64,000 bases of DNA from an uncultured archaeon (GTDB taxonomy: Archaea; Asgardarchaeota; Lokiarchaeia; Sigyniarchaeales; SOKP01): NCBI GenBank assembly GCA_964632315.1, contig CAZWEM010000001.1, positions 32,001-96,000 of the forward strand, given 5' to 3'. Position numbers and translations under genes: made by a program. Every line of letters starts with the position of its first letter. Positions within the stretch are counted from its first letter, which is position 1. This document shows, piece by piece, positions 61,813 to 64,000 of the stretch. The notes below the pieces were generated by a model, which was given only the letters and a program-made list of their open reading frames with translations, made no database searches and was not told the origin of the DNA.

Positions 61813-62898
61813 ATTTCAGAAGCAAAGAAAACGCCTCTCTATAACACTCACGTAGAATTAGGGGCAAGAATGGTGGAGTTCGCTGGGTTTATTATGCCTG
61901 TTCAATATGAAGGAATTATTAGTGAACATAATGCCGTAAGATCGAATGCTGGGATTTTTGATATTTCCCATATGGGTGAATTTTTACTGGAGGGGAAAGA
62001 TGTATTTCCTTTTCTCCAATATGTAATGATAAATGATTTAAATTTACTAGAACCTACTAAAGGTCAATATTCTTGCATGTGCAATGAAAATGGAACAGTT
62101 GTAGATGATTTGGTTTATTATGAGGAAAATAGTGAAAAATTTCGAATGATAGTGAATGCAAGTAATAGACAAAAGGACCTTGATTGGTTAAATAACCATA
62201 TTGGCAAAAGTGATGTAAAAGTCACCAATTTGTCTAATGAGAGATCAAGAATAGCCTTTCAAGGGCCAAATACTGATGAACTTCTACAGCCTCTTGTAAA
62301 TGTTAAGCTGGCAGAGATCAATAGATTTTATTTTAGACATTGTAAATTAAAAGACATTCCTATATTTATTGCTCGAACAGGATATACTGGAGAGAAAGGA
62401 TTTGAAATTTCAATGGAAAATCAATATGTTAATGATGTTTGGAGAATTTTGATGGATCTAGGAGCAACTCCAGCTGGCTTAGGTGCCAGAGATTCTTTAA
62501 GATTAGAAGCATGCTATTCACTTTATGGACATGAAATAAATAATAAGATTACACCCGTGGAAGCAGGTTTATTTTGGTTAGTTAAACCAAAAGAAGGAGT
62601 CGATTATATCGGAAAAGAAGTTCTAATGGATCAAAAAGAACACGGAACTGATAGAATAATAGTTGGGTTGAATCTTGTTGAGAGAGGTATTATAAGAGAT
62701 AATTGTAAAATTTCTAAAGACGGTGAGGAGATTGGATATGTGACCTCAGGAGGTTATTCTCCAACGCTTCAAAAAACTATTGGCCTTGGATTAATAGATA
62801 TTCAATATAGTAAAATAGATACTCAAATCGAGATTGAAATTAGAAACAGACTTTTAAAAGGGTTAGTAGTGCCTACACCATTTTTTCGAAACATTTAG
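61813..62898 (+). CDS. gcvT: Glycine cleavage system T protein (probable ATT/ATA start near 61813; track start 61870)
   Basis: KKTPLY..H..LGA.MVEFAG, FDISHMG, RTGYTGE.GFE, GLGARDSLRLEA. Confidence 0.95.
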   Translation: MSEAKKTPLYNTHVELGARMVEFAGFIMPVQYEGIISEHNAVRSNAGIFDISHMGEFLLEGKDVFPFLQYVMINDLNLLEPTKGQYSCMCNENGTVVDDLVYYEENSEKFRMIVNASNRQKDLDWLNNHIGKSDVKVTNLSNERSRIAFQGPNTDELLQPLVNVKLAEINRFYFRHCKLKDIPIFIARTGYTGEKGFEISMENQYVNDVWRILMDLGATPAGLGARDSLRLEACYSLYGHEINNKITPVEAGLFWLVKPKEGVDYIGKEVLMDQKEHGTDRIIVGLNLVERGIIRDNCKISKDGEEIGYVTSGGYSPTLQKTIGLGLIDIQYSKIDTQIEIEIRNRLLKGLVVPTPFFRNI

Positions 62899-62912
62899 AG
62901 AAACTGAAGGAT

Positions 62913-63317
62913 GTGAATGCATTGGAATATGAATTAAGAGATGATTTAAAATATACCTCCACCCATGAATGGGTTAAAATAGAAGAAACATTAACAACTA
63001 TAGGCATAAGCGATTATGCACAACACCAATTAGGAGATATAGTCTTCGTAGAATTACCTGATACAGGATTGGTGCTTGAGAAAGGCAGCAATGCTGCTGA
63101 GATCGAATCGGTGAAAGCTGTAGGTGATTTGATAATGCCTTTATCTGGAGAAATTGTGGAAGTAAATCAAAATTTAATTGATTCTCCTGAAATCATAAAT
63201 ACATCCCCTTATGGAGAGGGTTGGATCATTAAGGTTAAAATTTCACACACGGATGAATTGAATGACCTTTTATCCTATAATGACTATAAGATATTGATTG
63301 AATCTGAAGAAAAATAA
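62913..63317 (+). CDS. gcvH: Glycine cleavage system H protein
   Basis: HEWV, GISDYAQ..LGDIVFVELP, IESVKA (lipoyl Lys), PYGEGW. Confidence 0.97.
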   Translation: MNALEYELRDDLKYTSTHEWVKIEETLTTIGISDYAQHQLGDIVFVELPDTGLVLEKGSNAAEIESVKAVGDLIMPLSGEIVEVNQNLIDSPEIINTSPYGEGWIIKVKISHTDELNDLLSYNDYKILIESEEK

Positions 63318-63368
63318 TTTTTTTTCCTATTTTTTAAAAATTTCGAATTGAATATTGGTGCAAAAAAA

Positions 63369-64000
63369 ATGGATTTCATACCTCATGATGATGATACGAT
63401 TGCAGATATGTTAAAAGATTTGGGAATCAATGATATATTGGACCTATTTAAAGATATACCTAAGAAGTTATTGAACACCGAGTTTGACCTTCCAGAAGCG
63501 ATGTCAGAACCAAATCTCCTAAAAAAAATTTCGGATATTTCTAAAAAAAACAAGTTATATTCTTCATCATTTTTAGGAGCAGGTTGCTATTACCATTACA
63601 TTCCCTCTACTGTGGATTTTGTAATAAGCCGATCGGAATTTTATACATCCTATACCCCTTACCAAGCGGAAGCAAGTCAAGGATACTTACAAGCTATGTA
63701 TGAGTATCAGACAATAATTTCTAGATTGACACAAATGGACATATCAAATGCGAGCATGTATGATGGATCGACAGCTTTGGCGGAAGCTGCTATAATGTCC
63801 ACTATCATCACAAATAAAAGTACAATTCTATTGATAGAAGGAATTCATCCCGAATATATTGATGTAGTGAAGACTTATTGTTGGGGACAAGGAATTAACG
63901 TGAAGATTATTAAAGAGGAGGACTTATATAACGAAATTAATGAAGATATATCTTCAGTTTTAATTCAGAGTCCTAATTTTTTTGGGGATATCATAGATAT
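63369..64000 (+). CDS. gcvPA: Glycine dehydrogenase subunit 1 (3' partial; not in the ORF track)
   Basis: MDFIPH...ML..LG...DLF.DIP, FLGAGCY.HYIP, RSEFYTSYTPYQAEASQG, NASMYDG.TALAEA. Confidence 0.95.
   Translation, partial: MDFIPHDDDTIADMLKDLGINDILDLFKDIPKKLLNTEFDLPEAMSEPNLLKKISDISKKNKLYSSSFLGAGCYYHYIPSTVDFVISRSEFYTSYTPYQAEASQGYLQAMYEYQTIISRLTQMDISNASMYDGSTALAEAAIMSTIITNKSTILLIEGIHPEYIDVVKTYCWGQGINVKIIKEEDLYNEINEDISSVLIQSPNFFGDIID

Overview
AT-rich archaeal chromosome segment, most likely Asgard (Lokiarchaeia). This is inferred from a RagA/Gtr1-like GTPase fused to a roadblock domain, multi-TM proteins with longin-like tails, ftr/mtd, homodimer-type GlyRS and a large lipid/beta-oxidation gene set (acyl-CoA ligases, crotonases, FadH, ACAD, five thiolase-fold genes with DUF35/SCP2 partners). 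No rRNA, tRNA, CRISPR array or IS element was recognised. The standout is the thiolase-fold gene at 14750-16068, which the ORF track splits in two. It carries two tiny insertions (28 nt, 15197-15224; 31 nt, 15241-15271) around a 16-nt micro-exon. Each insertion folds into a relaxed bulge-helix-bulge (BHB) structure, and the canonical cut positions (after the 2nd nt of each 3-nt bulge) restore one 419-aa frame. The restored junction, ADMTY|EYPMG-M|MAASSY, aligns without gaps to paralogues elsewhere in the window. This looks like tRNA-endonuclease-type mRNA introns in a metabolic gene, with K-turn-like motifs at both 3' junctions and a helix suggesting ordered splicing. Splicing is inferred from sequence, not demonstrated. 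Also notable: three probable ATT start codons, an Ltp3/Ltp4-like aldolase module and a duplicated promoter.
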